A stretch of DNA of 64,000 nucleotides from an uncultured bacterium (GTDB taxonomy: Bacteria; Zhuqueibacterota; QNDG01; DSAB01), in the NCBI GenBank assembly GCA_964537715.1, contig CAZIAH010000005.1, positions 4,465 to 68,464 of the forward strand, read 5' to 3'. Below the pieces are notes generated by a model, which saw nothing but the letters and a program-made list of their open reading frames with translations, ran no database searches and was not told the DNA's origin. Positions within the stretch are counted from its first letter, which is position 1, and every line of letters starts with the position of its first letter. A program made the position numbers and the translations under genes. Shown here piece by piece: positions 28,457 to 38,446 of the stretch.

Positions 28457-29184
28457 TTCAGTTCGTACACTTTAAAATGTTCCACTTCCTGATGCGATTT
28501 CACCGTTCGAAAGCCAAAATAACCTTCAGTTAAGGGCTCGTTATCCTTAAAAGAAAAATACGGCTCACTATCCACAAAAACCTGAGTCGTTCCATTGTAA
28601 ACCACAATTTGAATCAAATAATTTCTATTGGGTTGAAGCAGGTGCTGCTCATCTTGTAAATCAAATAAAAGCGAGCGTTCACCGGTTCCCTGATATTTCC
28701 GGAAACGAGTGGTGCTATTACTGTTGCCGCCAATACCGGCATAATAAAGCCGCAGAGAATCATATTGTGAAAATATTCCGTTTCGTGTAAACACATTTTC
28801 CTGTCGAGGATCGATTGCCATCCAAAATTGATTGAGATCGGACAAACGATCGTTTTTTCCATTGTTCATGACCACTTTTCGATGGTACTCAATCATGATG
28901 TTCCCTGACAGCTTTTTATTAAACCAGACAGTGGCGCCGTTATCGACATCAATGACCAGCTTGCCTTTCTCAATCCCCACTTTTGAGTTGGGTGAGTTCG
29001 GCGTCTCAACTATCCAATTATTCATATCCTGTTCAAAATTATCATTATAAAGTAGCTGGACTTTTTTATACTGCTCAACAGAACCTGAATCAGCAACGTT
29101 TTGGGCCTGTATTGTGTTCTGAAATCCACATGTAAACAAAAAGCACAATAAAATCAATAAAATAGTGAAATCAATTTGTCTCAA
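28453..29184 (-). CDS. Small secreted beta-sandwich (ConA-like lectin/glucanase-fold) protein, possibly DUF1961/YesU-like
   Basis: 243 aa. TTG start at 29184 with strong SD TTAAGGAGGT 5 nt upstream. Signal peptide MRQIDFTILLILLCFLFTCG. Mostly beta composition. Family call is from weak recollection only. Confidence 0.35.
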   Translation of the reverse strand: MRQIDFTILLILLCFLFTCGFQNTIQAQNVADSGSVEQYKKVQLLYNDNFEQDMNNWIVETPNSPNSKVGIEKGKLVIDVDNGATVWFNKKLSGNIMIEYHRKVVMNNGKNDRLSDLNQFWMAIDPRQENVFTRNGIFSQYDSLRLYYAGIGGNSNSTTRFRKYQGTGERSLLFDLQDEQHLLQPNRNYLIQIVVYNGTTQVFVDSEPYFSFKDNEPLTEGYFGFRTVKSHQEVEHFKVYELK

Positions 29185-29199
29185 GGATACCTCCTTAAT

Positions 29200-30540
29200 C
29201 TATTCGATTGTCACCTTAACTTTTGCCGAAAGTTGTTGCACCAAATTTGTGATATAGTCTTTGAAAAAATCAGCGTCTTTAAAACGTTCATCGCTCAATT
29301 CCCATCCCGCCGCTGCATAGTAGGTAACAGGTTTATCATTTTCAACTTTCAACCTGGCCAAGTATGTATTGCTCAATGGCCCCTGTTTCGGCGCCTCCGT
29401 ATAACCAAGATACAGATCACTTGGTACAATCAGCGCCATTCCAAGCCACCATTGACGGTTATAAGTCTGCATATCATGAGTCAACAAGACCTGCCATTGA
29501 TCATTAACGGAGATGACCTGCAGCGGATTTTGGTTATTGCTGTTCACCAGGCCGACGATCAGTTCTTCATCGCCCTGCAATCCAGAAAACTGTACTGTAT
29601 TTTGATAGGCATACATACCCGGCCAGATGCTGGTGGTTTCATCTACCTGGTAGTTTCGTCCTTCATCCGGTTGCCAGTTTTCATAATGATAGCTTAAAAC
29701 CGATTTCACAGGACCTTCCGCCATAATGCGGAATGTGGTTTTCTCAACATTGTTGATCGAATCATCAACCGTTACACCCAGACGCAGCAATTGGTCACTG
29801 GTTTTCAAACCATAACCCCCAAGTCCCACAGAGTTGCCGACCGACAGGATATCGCGCCCCCAATCCGCCATGACATGATAGTTATCTTCGACGGCACCCT
29901 GTTCATTTATCCCAACATTTTCTGGTGACATAAATGAAGCCGTTTTCCCAAACAAATCGTTGGCATTGCGACCATCCAGATAATGGCGGAAACCAATTTT
30001 ATCATTTTCCCATGAAGGGCCATCGGTCTGGTAGCGCTGGAAACCGATACTCTTTGGCAAATCCCCAGCATATAAAGTCTCGCTGACCGCAGGTTCTACC
30101 GGGGTATCAGTAGAACTGCGCTTTCCAAAACGGGCGCTGGTACGCACGATATATTTGGGCTCTTTATTTACCCACAGTAAAAAATATGTTTCCGTTGTAT
30201 TTGCAGGCAAATTGACTACAAAAAATAATTCATCCCATTTTTTATCTCCATTAAGATCATTCAATTGAGAAGCAACCGTATCGCCCTTATCAGAGATAAT
30301 CAACGGGTAATGGGTACCTGCCCCAGGACTTTCAATTTGTGAGCGGTCAATAGATATGGCCTTATCAGTCAGGACAATCGCAAAGTTGTTTGCAAGAGTC
30401 ATCTTTGTCTTTCCAGGCACAGGCTGACATTGGTTAAGAAGAAAGATTGAAATCAACACAGCACTTGTGGTTAATGCAAAATGATTTTTTATTTTGCCTA
30501 ATGTTGCCCCTTTATTTGGGTGTTTTAAATTATTCTTCAT
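29200..30540 (-). CDS. Lipoprotein of unknown function (possibly DUF4861-like)
   Basis: ORF 29200..30597. ATG at 30540 gives MKNNLKHP...ISIFLLNQC (lipobox). It overlaps the upstream gene stop by 11 nt. No catalytic motifs recognised. Confidence 0.35.
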   Translation of the reverse strand: MKNNLKHPNKGATLGKIKNHFALTTSAVLISIFLLNQCQPVPGKTKMTLANNFAIVLTDKAISIDRSQIESPGAGTHYPLIISDKGDTVASQLNDLNGDKKWDELFFVVNLPANTTETYFLLWVNKEPKYIVRTSARFGKRSSTDTPVEPAVSETLYAGDLPKSIGFQRYQTDGPSWENDKIGFRHYLDGRNANDLFGKTASFMSPENVGINEQGAVEDNYHVMADWGRDILSVGNSVGLGGYGLKTSDQLLRLGVTVDDSINNVEKTTFRIMAEGPVKSVLSYHYENWQPDEGRNYQVDETTSIWPGMYAYQNTVQFSGLQGDEELIVGLVNSNNQNPLQVISVNDQWQVLLTHDMQTYNRQWWLGMALIVPSDLYLGYTEAPKQGPLSNTYLARLKVENDKPVTYYAAAGWELSDERFKDADFFKDYITNLVQQLSAKVKVTIE

Positions 30541-33292
30541 CTTGTATCCTTGGGTTATCTTCAGGAAGTTGGTCGCCGATAAAATCCAGCAATTCAATAG
30601 CGTTCAGACACCATTGTGCAGTGTTATTGGTGGAAACTCCCTTCACCTCATACACCGGCTGCAGGCTTTGAACTCCGTCAAATAGCTGCATAGTGAAATC
30701 AGTATAATAATATCTGTCTCCGGTATTAAAAAACTCATCCCAGGCTCTTTCTGCATAGGTTTTGTCCCCCGTCATTTTCGCATAATAGGCCGGAAGACGG
30801 GCATACCATGGGCCAGGTTTCCCCAACTCAACCGCTATACCGAATTCTTTTTCAATTTCATTTTCAGGTGCGGCATATAATCTACAGAACTGCATCCAAA
30901 GTTTGTCCCATTTTTTATCCTGAAGAAGATGGGTCAATTCAAAAGCAACTTCAGGACCTCCCATCAAAACAGATAAATGTAGATAGCCGATATCATTTTC
31001 ATCCAGTTGATGCAATTTGTAGGTTTCCGGATCGTATCCAAAGGCCGCTCGCTTGCCGGAATAGAAACCATAGGGCATGTCATACAAACTGTTCACTCCG
31101 GCCATGATTCGGTCACGATACATTGTATTCCCTGTGCGTTCCCATTCAGTCATCCAGTTGCCAACCAAGGCCAGCCAGTCAGGGCCAACGCGGGCGTGGG
31201 TTGGGTATTTGCTTTTTTCCAATATCAAACGAAGCGGATCAATTTTGCCAATTGCTTCGTTGGAAGCATCCACAGTCGCACGCATCAAATCGCCTGTTCG
31301 TTCATCCGTGGTGAGATAATAATAAAATCGACCTAAAGCTGCCTGCGAAATACGCACCTCTTTGGCGCCGCAGCCCCAATGAATCACGTTGTGACGGGAA
31401 CCCAATCCCTTAAACCGTCCCAAATGATAGACATCGACTTCGCCCGTGTGACGCATCATCGCCTCTGCCATGCGGAAAATATCTTCACGTCCAGATCTCA
31501 GATAACTGTACCACAACCACAGGTTGGGCATCAATTCGGTATTGTCCCAGGCATAGCCTCCCATATCGTATTTCCAGGTGTGCCGGTCATGATCGTAACT
31601 ATGCCTTATGTCACCATAATTCCAGAAGCCATACCAATGCCTCTGCTCCACTTCCAACTGATAGTATTTAATCGCATTGTCAAGCTGATCCTCTATCCAG
31701 CGCTTTCCTTTTGTACTTCGGTCAGGTAAACTCCACACGCCGAAAACAGGAATGCTGTGGATATATTCCGAAGAGACAATAAGTAAAGGTGGTTGATTCC
31801 CCAGGTGTACAATTTTATTCAAGGTTCCATAAGACGGTACTTCGGGTGATGCATACAGCAGAATTTCGCTTGTGCGAGCTACCCCGGTGGCTGTGCTGAA
31901 TCCCGGTTGAACATCTTCATAACTGGCCTGGAGTGTGTGGCCCCAGGCAAGTGTGTCGTAATGACGCATGTCCATGGCCTCGGCCTCAGGAGACCAGAGC
32001 CAGGCCATCAGTTGGGCCTCATCATCTTTAACATTGCGAATTTCCAACGCTGATGGAAAGGATTGCCAAAAATCACGAACACAAACCGTCAATCCGCCGG
32101 ACACATCCCCGACAAAAGCCATTCCTTCGGAACGTTTGCCATAGCCGGCGTCAATCCAGGCGCTTTCATTGTTGGTTCTTTTTTGCACCCGAAATCCATC
32201 GGCATTCAATTGTTCCAGCCTGAAATCATTCCAGCTTGCCCAGTGCTCAAACAGGAATTGTACTTTTTCAGGGAAACTATCAGGTTCGGCAATCCGTTCG
32301 CCTGTAAGCTGTTTGGCGTAAAAGTTTTCACGGGTTTCAAAATTAAAGAGCGGGAAACTGCCGTTGAGCGGCTGGCATGGTTCATCCCACAATCCTCCGT
32401 TTACTCCCGAAAAACGAATATGCCGGTTATATAACTGTTCATCCAACGGCACGTTAAAAACCAGCCCCAGACCACGGATAAAATCTTTTTGTTGATCCCC
32501 ATCGTAAACAATGGTATTTACCATACGAATCGATTGCAGTCCGGCATAAAAATACAACCGGACAATAAATGGCAACCAGCTTCGGTTGGTTGAGTCCGAC
32601 ACGTGCCTGCCTTCAATTTTAACCACTGCCCTGACCGGACCACTCTGCTCGATGGTTACTCTTTCGACTATACCTGTGAACTTTTCTTTGGATGGCTGAA
32701 CACCGAATTCCTGATCCGGTCCATTCTGAAGAATACAAATCAGTTTTCCATCGGAAGAAATTACTTTTCCATTCATTTTTATAGAACGAATTAAGAGTCT
32801 GCCAATTTTTGGAATTTCGCATTGCATAATACCGGTACTAATCAGTAAAGCATCATTGGATTCAGATAATTCGACCTTTGTTTTTGGCAGATTAGCGCCG
32901 GACTTTTTTACATGTTCCAGTACGAAAGCAGTTCCGGCATTGGAATCGACTACAGCGCTTAGGCCTACCCATTTTAGGGAACCATCCGGCCAATATGCCA
33001 AAGGCCAGGATTGCACAGGCAAAGCCTCTCCCTGTTCATTTTTCAATATATAACTGCTCGATGGATCAATCTCCCCTTCCGGCAGCGGCACACCCCAACT
33101 TACTCCTGCTGAAATCGACGGGGCCTTTCCTCCAAGCCATGATAGTTTAATCGGGTCGACTTCCCGGGCAAATAGCGTATCCTGATCAATACCAACAATG
33201 ATTAATAACCAGCAAAATAGAATTAGCCAAATTCTTTGCTTACATCGATAATGATGTTGTAAGGTTATCAAATTATTTCTTATGAATTGCAT
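30530..33292 (-). CDS. Large secreted protein of unknown family (candidate polysaccharide lyase/hydrolase with alpha-helical toroid-like C-region)
   Basis: 920 aa. Signal peptide IWLILFCWLLIIVGIDQDTLFA. Trp/Tyr-rich helical segments (HWYGFWNYGDIRHSYDHDRHTWKYDMGGYAWDN, NLWLWYSYLRSG). No family recognised. Confidence 0.4.
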   Translation of the reverse strand: MQFIRNNLITLQHHYRCKQRIWLILFCWLLIIVGIDQDTLFAREVDPIKLSWLGGKAPSISAGVSWGVPLPEGEIDPSSSYILKNEQGEALPVQSWPLAYWPDGSLKWVGLSAVVDSNAGTAFVLEHVKKSGANLPKTKVELSESNDALLISTGIMQCEIPKIGRLLIRSIKMNGKVISSDGKLICILQNGPDQEFGVQPSKEKFTGIVERVTIEQSGPVRAVVKIEGRHVSDSTNRSWLPFIVRLYFYAGLQSIRMVNTIVYDGDQQKDFIRGLGLVFNVPLDEQLYNRHIRFSGVNGGLWDEPCQPLNGSFPLFNFETRENFYAKQLTGERIAEPDSFPEKVQFLFEHWASWNDFRLEQLNADGFRVQKRTNNESAWIDAGYGKRSEGMAFVGDVSGGLTVCVRDFWQSFPSALEIRNVKDDEAQLMAWLWSPEAEAMDMRHYDTLAWGHTLQASYEDVQPGFSTATGVARTSEILLYASPEVPSYGTLNKIVHLGNQPPLLIVSSEYIHSIPVFGVWSLPDRSTKGKRWIEDQLDNAIKYYQLEVEQRHWYGFWNYGDIRHSYDHDRHTWKYDMGGYAWDNTELMPNLWLWYSYLRSGREDIFRMAEAMMRHTGEVDVYHLGRFKGLGSRHNVIHWGCGAKEVRISQAALGRFYYYLTTDERTGDLMRATVDASNEAIGKIDPLRLILEKSKYPTHARVGPDWLALVGNWMTEWERTGNTMYRDRIMAGVNSLYDMPYGFYSGKRAAFGYDPETYKLHQLDENDIGYLHLSVLMGGPEVAFELTHLLQDKKWDKLWMQFCRLYAAPENEIEKEFGIAVELGKPGPWYARLPAYYAKMTGDKTYAERAWDEFFNTGDRYYYTDFTMQLFDGVQSLQPVYEVKGVSTNNTAQWCLNAIELLDFIGDQLPEDNPRIQDEE

Positions 33293-33471
33293 GGCTATCT
33301 GAGTTTTATATTTTTAAGCACATCTCAAACACAACTCGTGTTTTGAACTGCAATTACATATATCATAGAGTCGGTATCAATGGGCTAACCGCAAATCCCA
33401 GTTATCAATGGTGGTTAAACTTTTTCCATCTTTATCACTCAGGGTAACATAAATATCATTATATATTTTTT

Positions 33472-34704
33472 TTATTTTGAATTCTTTAAACGGATAATCT
33501 CTATACCTGCATCAATCACAGGCCCCAGACCGTGTTTTTCATTTGGTCGTGCCGGACGGTTGTAATAAAAAACCATATCATCCTCAATTCCTGTACCTAC
33601 GCAAATATCTTTTACCTGGCCGTTGGGCAGGATCTTTTCTTTCTTGAGTCCGTTCCATCCTGTAATCGCTATTGAGCTGTATCTTTTATCAATCCAGCCT
33701 TCATTCACTGCGCGGGCAATTCCATATACAAACATAGCTGAACATGAAGATTCTGTATATGAATCTGTCCGGTCTAACACCTGGTGCCATAATCCATCCG
33801 GCCCCTGGTATTTGGAAATGCCAATAATTTGTCTTTCCAGATTTTTAATAATCAATTCTCTTTTGGGATAATCAGCAGGTAAAATATTTAACAAATGCAC
33901 CTGGGCCATCATAACCCAACCATTGCATCTACCCCAATGGGCAACGCCGTTTCTTTTAAGATCGCTGTAATAACAGTGCCAATAGATTTCTTTATTTTCA
34001 TCCCAAAGATACTCAGAGAAATTCAATACCTGGTGAATGGCGTCATCGTAGTATTTAGTTTCGCCAGTAAACTTTCCCAGCCTGACAAGAAAAGGCACGC
34101 TCATGTATAAATCATCGGCCCATAATGTCATTTTATGCGGAAACGTACGTACCAGTGTGCCGTCTTCCAGGCGTTCCTGTCCTTCAGATATACGTTTGGC
34201 GCCTTTTAGGACATATTCTTTGTACTCAGGATGTTTAACTTTTTCATAAACATCCATGATACTGGCCCCCATAGCTCCAAAATCATCCAGTTCTTTCATA
34301 GTCCATAGCTGGCCAAAAGGATACAGATAATGGGGCCGGTCATTCTTAAATCTTTCCTGGAAAAACTTATAGTTGTCAAATCCAAAAGCGATATGCCTGG
34401 CGGCGAAATCAAAATACTTGTCATCATTTAGAAATATGCTCAGGTTGATCATTGCCATGTTGAGCACGCCCATAGTATAATGCCACTCTCCAAATGGACT
34501 TTTGAATTTCACATCTATATCATCCGGTATTTCATTGGTGGTATTATATATTTTTCCGTCGTCTACGCCTACAAATTTAAACTCGGCATGAATTATAATG
34601 TTATCTGCAACTCTTCTTACAACAGCTTCATCCGAATCACTGTTTTGTGCGCTTAGTAATGAAACAAGCATAAATATCAGGCAGATCGGAATTATTTTTT
34701 TCAT
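33472..34704 (-). CDS. GH105/GH88 unsaturated rhamnogalacturonyl/glucuronyl hydrolase, secreted
   Basis: ORF 33472..34767. ATG at 34704 is preceded by GGAGAAGAAG and gives MKKIIPICLIFMLVSLLSA. Motifs LWADDLYM and HWGRCNGWVMMA typical of the YteR/GH105 fold. Confidence 0.8.
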   Translation of the reverse strand: MKKIIPICLIFMLVSLLSAQNSDSDEAVVRRVADNIIIHAEFKFVGVDDGKIYNTTNEIPDDIDVKFKSPFGEWHYTMGVLNMAMINLSIFLNDDKYFDFAARHIAFGFDNYKFFQERFKNDRPHYLYPFGQLWTMKELDDFGAMGASIMDVYEKVKHPEYKEYVLKGAKRISEGQERLEDGTLVRTFPHKMTLWADDLYMSVPFLVRLGKFTGETKYYDDAIHQVLNFSEYLWDENKEIYWHCYYSDLKRNGVAHWGRCNGWVMMAQVHLLNILPADYPKRELIIKNLERQIIGISKYQGPDGLWHQVLDRTDSYTESSCSAMFVYGIARAVNEGWIDKRYSSIAITGWNGLKKEKILPNGQVKDICVGTGIEDDMVFYYNRPARPNEKHGLGPVIDAGIEIIRLKNSK

Positions 34705-34774
34705 CTTCTTCTCCAATTTGTTGGGTAATGAAACAATCTTCATATTGTAAGAAATAACGTATTTCAATAGTGCT

Positions 34775-34950
34775 TACTTTTTCTTATTCATCCAGAAAGG
34801 TGATGTACCAAACCATAGAATTGTTCCGAGCAGCATGAGATTCTTGCAGGAATCCAAATCAAATCCATTAGAAAAAACCATGATAGATGGAATAAGAGTT
34901 AATGCCAAACCAGTAAATGAAACGATCTTTAAACTTATTTTAAACATTTT
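34775..34950 (-). CDS. Small two-TM membrane protein (58 aa) immediately downstream of the NCS1 permease
   Basis: Below the 60-aa threshold of the ORF track. ATG 34950, TAA at 34775. Translation MFKISLKIVSFTGLALTLIPSIMVFSNGFDLDSCKNLMLLGTILWFGTSPFWMNKKK. Its start is 9 nt after the permease stop. Confidence 0.35.
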
Positions 34951-34958
34951 ATGACTCC

Positions 34959-36359
34959 TTATGCTGACTTGATTTTAGATTTTTGAATCATCATGCTTAC
35001 AACTAAGTATACAATTGATGCCACAAACCACCCCGGAAGACCAAGGAAAAATATTTCGATACCCAAGGATCTATTAAGATAAACACTAAAACCAAGTGTT
35101 AACACCCAGGCCAGCGCAGCGGCAACATTAAAACTCTTATTAAATATTTCCGCATAATTGGATTTTAATCCCATTTTGGGAATGATATAAACATCCATGA
35201 GAATGACCGCTCCCATCGGCATCAGGATCAATCCATACAGAGCCACAAATTCCAATAACTTCATAACCAATGCCGGGAAAAGGGCTGCTGTGGTTGTTAT
35301 TGCTCCAACAACGGCCGTTACACGCCATGTTTGCCAGGATGGTTTGATGGCTTGCAAAGCCAAACCGGCCCGGTAAATTGTTGGATTAGCCGTTGTCCAT
35401 CCGGCGATGACCACACACAAGGCTCCAGCGATACCAGCCGCACGAAAAGCAACAGGACCAGGGGCAAATTGAGTACTGCCTGCAGATTCCAGAAGGAAAA
35501 GCGAATATAAAATTCCGGACGCCAGCCATGCGATATAATGCCCCAAATACATACCTGTTGCCGAAGAGAGACCATAATACCATTTTTTGGCATAACGCAA
35601 AATAGAGAGATCGGCCATACCTATGTGCATCGCCATATTGACAAACCAGGCGAAAAAGAGCACATGCCAAAAAGTGAATTTACTCTGACCAGCAAGCGGT
35701 GTACCTGTCCAAATGGTATCATTTGCTTTTGTCCAAAAATCTGACAGAGAGTGAACGCCCAAATCCGGCAAAACAGCAACAGCTGCTGCTACAAATACCA
35801 TTATCATCCAGGGAGCGGCTATATTTGCAACCCTTGAGATTTGAGTATAACCAAACATGGCAACAAGTGTGGTCACAATTCCTACAGCGAGAACAGTAAC
35901 AACCCAGCTTACGCTATTTGGATAGAAATCATTTAATGAAGGCATTGCCATATGAAAAGGAATACCAACTGCTGTTGCCGACACGGCAATCATTGAACCG
36001 GCAAGAAAACAAAACATAAGCGCATTTACTATGTTATAAATTGATGTAACTTTTTTTCCGCCGATTTTTTCAAGTAAATAATAAAGAGTCAATCTTTTTT
36101 GGGTAGCAACCGGACCGGTAATAAAAGCCCAGCTTAAAACAGCTAACAGATTTCCCAGTAACAGACCTAAAATTAAATCACCTGCTGCAACGCCATGTGC
36201 TACGAACAGTGGTCCAATAACAAATTCTGTCCCAGCCGTATGTTCGCCTGCGTACATTCCGATAAAACTTCCCCAACCTTTCCGGCTTTTTTCCGGAACC
36301 GGGATTCGCTCAAATTCCTCAACAGAATCCAACTGCCCTTTAATTGATTTTTTTGCCAT
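34959..36359 (-). CDS. NCS1-family permease (cytosine/purine/uracil/thiamine/allantoin permease family)
   Basis: 466 aa. 12 TM segments. N-terminal PEKSRKGWGSFIGMYAGE...LLGNLLAVLSW aligns with the CodB-type P..SRKG...LIGNLLL block. SD GAGGAGAAAAGT before the ATG. Confidence 0.65.
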   Translation of the reverse strand: MAKKSIKGQLDSVEEFERIPVPEKSRKGWGSFIGMYAGEHTAGTEFVIGPLFVAHGVAAGDLILGLLLGNLLAVLSWAFITGPVATQKRLTLYYLLEKIGGKKVTSIYNIVNALMFCFLAGSMIAVSATAVGIPFHMAMPSLNDFYPNSVSWVVTVLAVGIVTTLVAMFGYTQISRVANIAAPWMIMVFVAAAVAVLPDLGVHSLSDFWTKANDTIWTGTPLAGQSKFTFWHVLFFAWFVNMAMHIGMADLSILRYAKKWYYGLSSATGMYLGHYIAWLASGILYSLFLLESAGSTQFAPGPVAFRAAGIAGALCVVIAGWTTANPTIYRAGLALQAIKPSWQTWRVTAVVGAITTTAALFPALVMKLLEFVALYGLILMPMGAVILMDVYIIPKMGLKSNYAEIFNKSFNVAAALAWVLTLGFSVYLNRSLGIEIFFLGLPGWFVASIVYLVVSMMIQKSKIKSA

Positions 36360-36401
36360 ACTTTTCTCCTCTACAAAATCCGGTACTGTTTTGCAATAAA
36401 G

Positions 36402-37040
36402 TCAATAAATAATTAAATGTTGTTCTTTAGGGCCATGCATACCAAGGATTAATTCCATGGAAATGTCCGCTGTACGACTTGGGCCCGAAATAACAATCGT
36501 ATTACTCGGGTTTGTAAATTTTTCTATACCTTTACAACGACAATCTTCAATCCAGCTTTCAAAGTCAGCGAAAATCTGCCCTTTTTTGATCAGGGCAATA
36601 TGAACTTCCGGCAACAAAGAAGCTGTACGTTGGCGACCTTTCCCGGAACGAAGTACGATACTACCGGTTGCTGCCAAAGCTGCACTGACACCTGTTATGC
36701 CAAACCGGATACTTTCTTGTTGTGTAATTTCGATTCCATTGTCTTCTAAAGACTGGTAAAGATTTTTAATCGGCAAATTTTCTGAACTCCAGCAATTGAC
36801 CTGCTGGTCGTTGCCAATAATTTTAAAAAGTGTTTTTTGTGCATCCTTTTCATTGGTGCAGATCGTTACCTGGGCAGAGAGTTTTTCTGCTTCTGATTTA
36901 AAATATTCCAAAAGTGATGCGGGATCCTTCTTGTCCAGTTTAACCATTGGTAAATAGTTTTCAACCCGGCTTTTCTCTGGAAAGGGAACCGCAATATTTT
37001 TGAGCTTATTTAAAATATCATCCCGACTGTTACTCATCAT
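36402..37040 (-). CDS. lutC: LutC-like lactate utilisation protein C (LUD/YkgG domain)
   Basis: 212 aa. ATGA overlap with the LutB stop. Size, composition and position are typical of LutC. Confidence 0.65.
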   Translation of the reverse strand: MMSNSRDDILNKLKNIAVPFPEKSRVENYLPMVKLDKKDPASLLEYFKSEAEKLSAQVTICTNEKDAQKTLFKIIGNDQQVNCWSSENLPIKNLYQSLEDNGIEITQQESIRFGITGVSAALAATGSIVLRSGKGRQRTASLLPEVHIALIKKGQIFADFESWIEDCRCKGIEKFTNPSNTIVISGPSRTADISMELILGMHGPKEQHLIIY

Positions 37041-38446
37041 TATTTGCTCCCATCTTTTAATCCATTTTTCCAGAGTTCATAAAAACTTTTAGCAGCAGGT
37101 TTCGGTACTTTGCGGTAACGGGTCCATTTTTTTACTAAACCAGGCATCTTATTTAGGGGAAGCAGGCGTGATACTTTCATCATTATTCCTGTCAAGCCAT
37201 ACAACTTTTCTGACTGATTCGATTTGGCCCAAATCCACATACCGGCTTTCCAGATTTTGGAGCTTTTTTTCTGCTTCGTCAAATCATGACGCAGATCCAG
37301 CAGCATGTGTGGGATATCAATATCGACAGAACAGACCTGTTTACAACTTCCACATAAGGAACTTGCATTGGGCAACTGCGAGGCTTTGTTCAATCCAACC
37401 AGTAAAGGTGTCACCACAGCACCGATGGGTCCGGGATAAACCCAGCCATAGGAATGGCCGCCACTGACACGGTAAACCGGGCAGGCATTCAAACAGGCGC
37501 CACAACGGATGCAGGCCAATGCCTCGGTGTAGCCACTCCTATAAATATCAGACCTGCCGTTATCGATTATGATAACATAGACTTCAAGTGGGCCATCTTC
37601 TTCATCACTGCGGCGTGGTCCGTTTATGATATTGGTATAAACCGTCATCGATTGACCGGTTGCGTTGCGCGGTAGTATTTGGGCCAGAGTCGCATAATCT
37701 TCCAGCGTAGGAATGATTTTTTCAATACCAACAACGGCAATATGTATCGGCGGCAGAGATGTAACCATCCGACCGTTCCCCTCGTTGGTGGCCAAGCAAA
37801 GGGAGCCGCTTTCGGCAATTATAAAGTTACCGCCACTGATCCCCACATCCGCCTGCAGGAACTCTTTGCGCATATGACCACGCACAAAATGTGTCATAGT
37901 CTGGGTATCGTCGGTAGGGGGCATGCCGATTTTCTCCACCAGCGTATCACGGATGCTTGCTTTTGTGCGGTGAATCACCGGCACAACAATATGACTGGGA
38001 TGATCACCGCTTATCTGGATAATATATTCACCCAGATCGCTTTCAACCACCTGTACATCGTTCTTTTCGAGAAAGTCGTTCAGTGCGATTTCTTCAGTGA
38101 CCATACTTTTGCTTTTAATCACTTTTTTAGCCTGTTTCTGCCGAATGATCTCCAGAACTTTACTGTTTGCTTCAGCAGCATCTTTCGCCCATAAAACATT
38201 AATGCCGTTTTTTTGCATTTGTTTTTCAGCCTGTTCTAAAAGCTGTGGCAGGTTATTTAAAGCATTCCGTTTAATTTGAGCGGCTTGCTGGCGTATTTTT
38301 TCGCCATGATCCTGCCCGGAAATAAACACAGCGGATTTCCTATTGGTATAGGCGAGATTCGTTCCAAAGCTGATCGCAGATTGCAGATCAGCATCGGCAA
38401 TGGCTTTTCGTGCTTCCTTCGTAAAATTTTCAGACTTGATTTTCAT
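37040..38446 (-). CDS. lutB: LutB-like iron-sulfur lactate utilisation protein (4Fe-4S ferredoxin domain, YkgF family)
   Basis: 468 aa. CIRCGACLNACPVYRVSGGHSYGWVYPGPIGAVVTPLL 4Fe-4S cluster motif typical of LutB/YkgF. Confidence 0.85.
   Translation of the reverse strand: MKIKSENFTKEARKAIADADLQSAISFGTNLAYTNRKSAVFISGQDHGEKIRQQAAQIKRNALNNLPQLLEQAEKQMQKNGINVLWAKDAAEANSKVLEIIRQKQAKKVIKSKSMVTEEIALNDFLEKNDVQVVESDLGEYIIQISGDHPSHIVVPVIHRTKASIRDTLVEKIGMPPTDDTQTMTHFVRGHMRKEFLQADVGISGGNFIIAESGSLCLATNEGNGRMVTSLPPIHIAVVGIEKIIPTLEDYATLAQILPRNATGQSMTVYTNIINGPRRSDEEDGPLEVYVIIIDNGRSDIYRSGYTEALACIRCGACLNACPVYRVSGGHSYGWVYPGPIGAVVTPLLVGLNKASQLPNASSLCGSCKQVCSVDIDIPHMLLDLRHDLTKQKKSSKIWKAGMWIWAKSNQSEKLYGLTGIMMKVSRLLPLNKMPGLVKKWTRYRKVPKPAAKSFYELWKNGLKDGSK

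Noticed and set aside
33293-33471. Possible hairpin tcaaaacac-gagtt-gtgtttga downstream of the GH105 gene
   Set aside because: Imperfect stem and no U-tract in the transcribed orientation. Insufficient evidence for a terminator.
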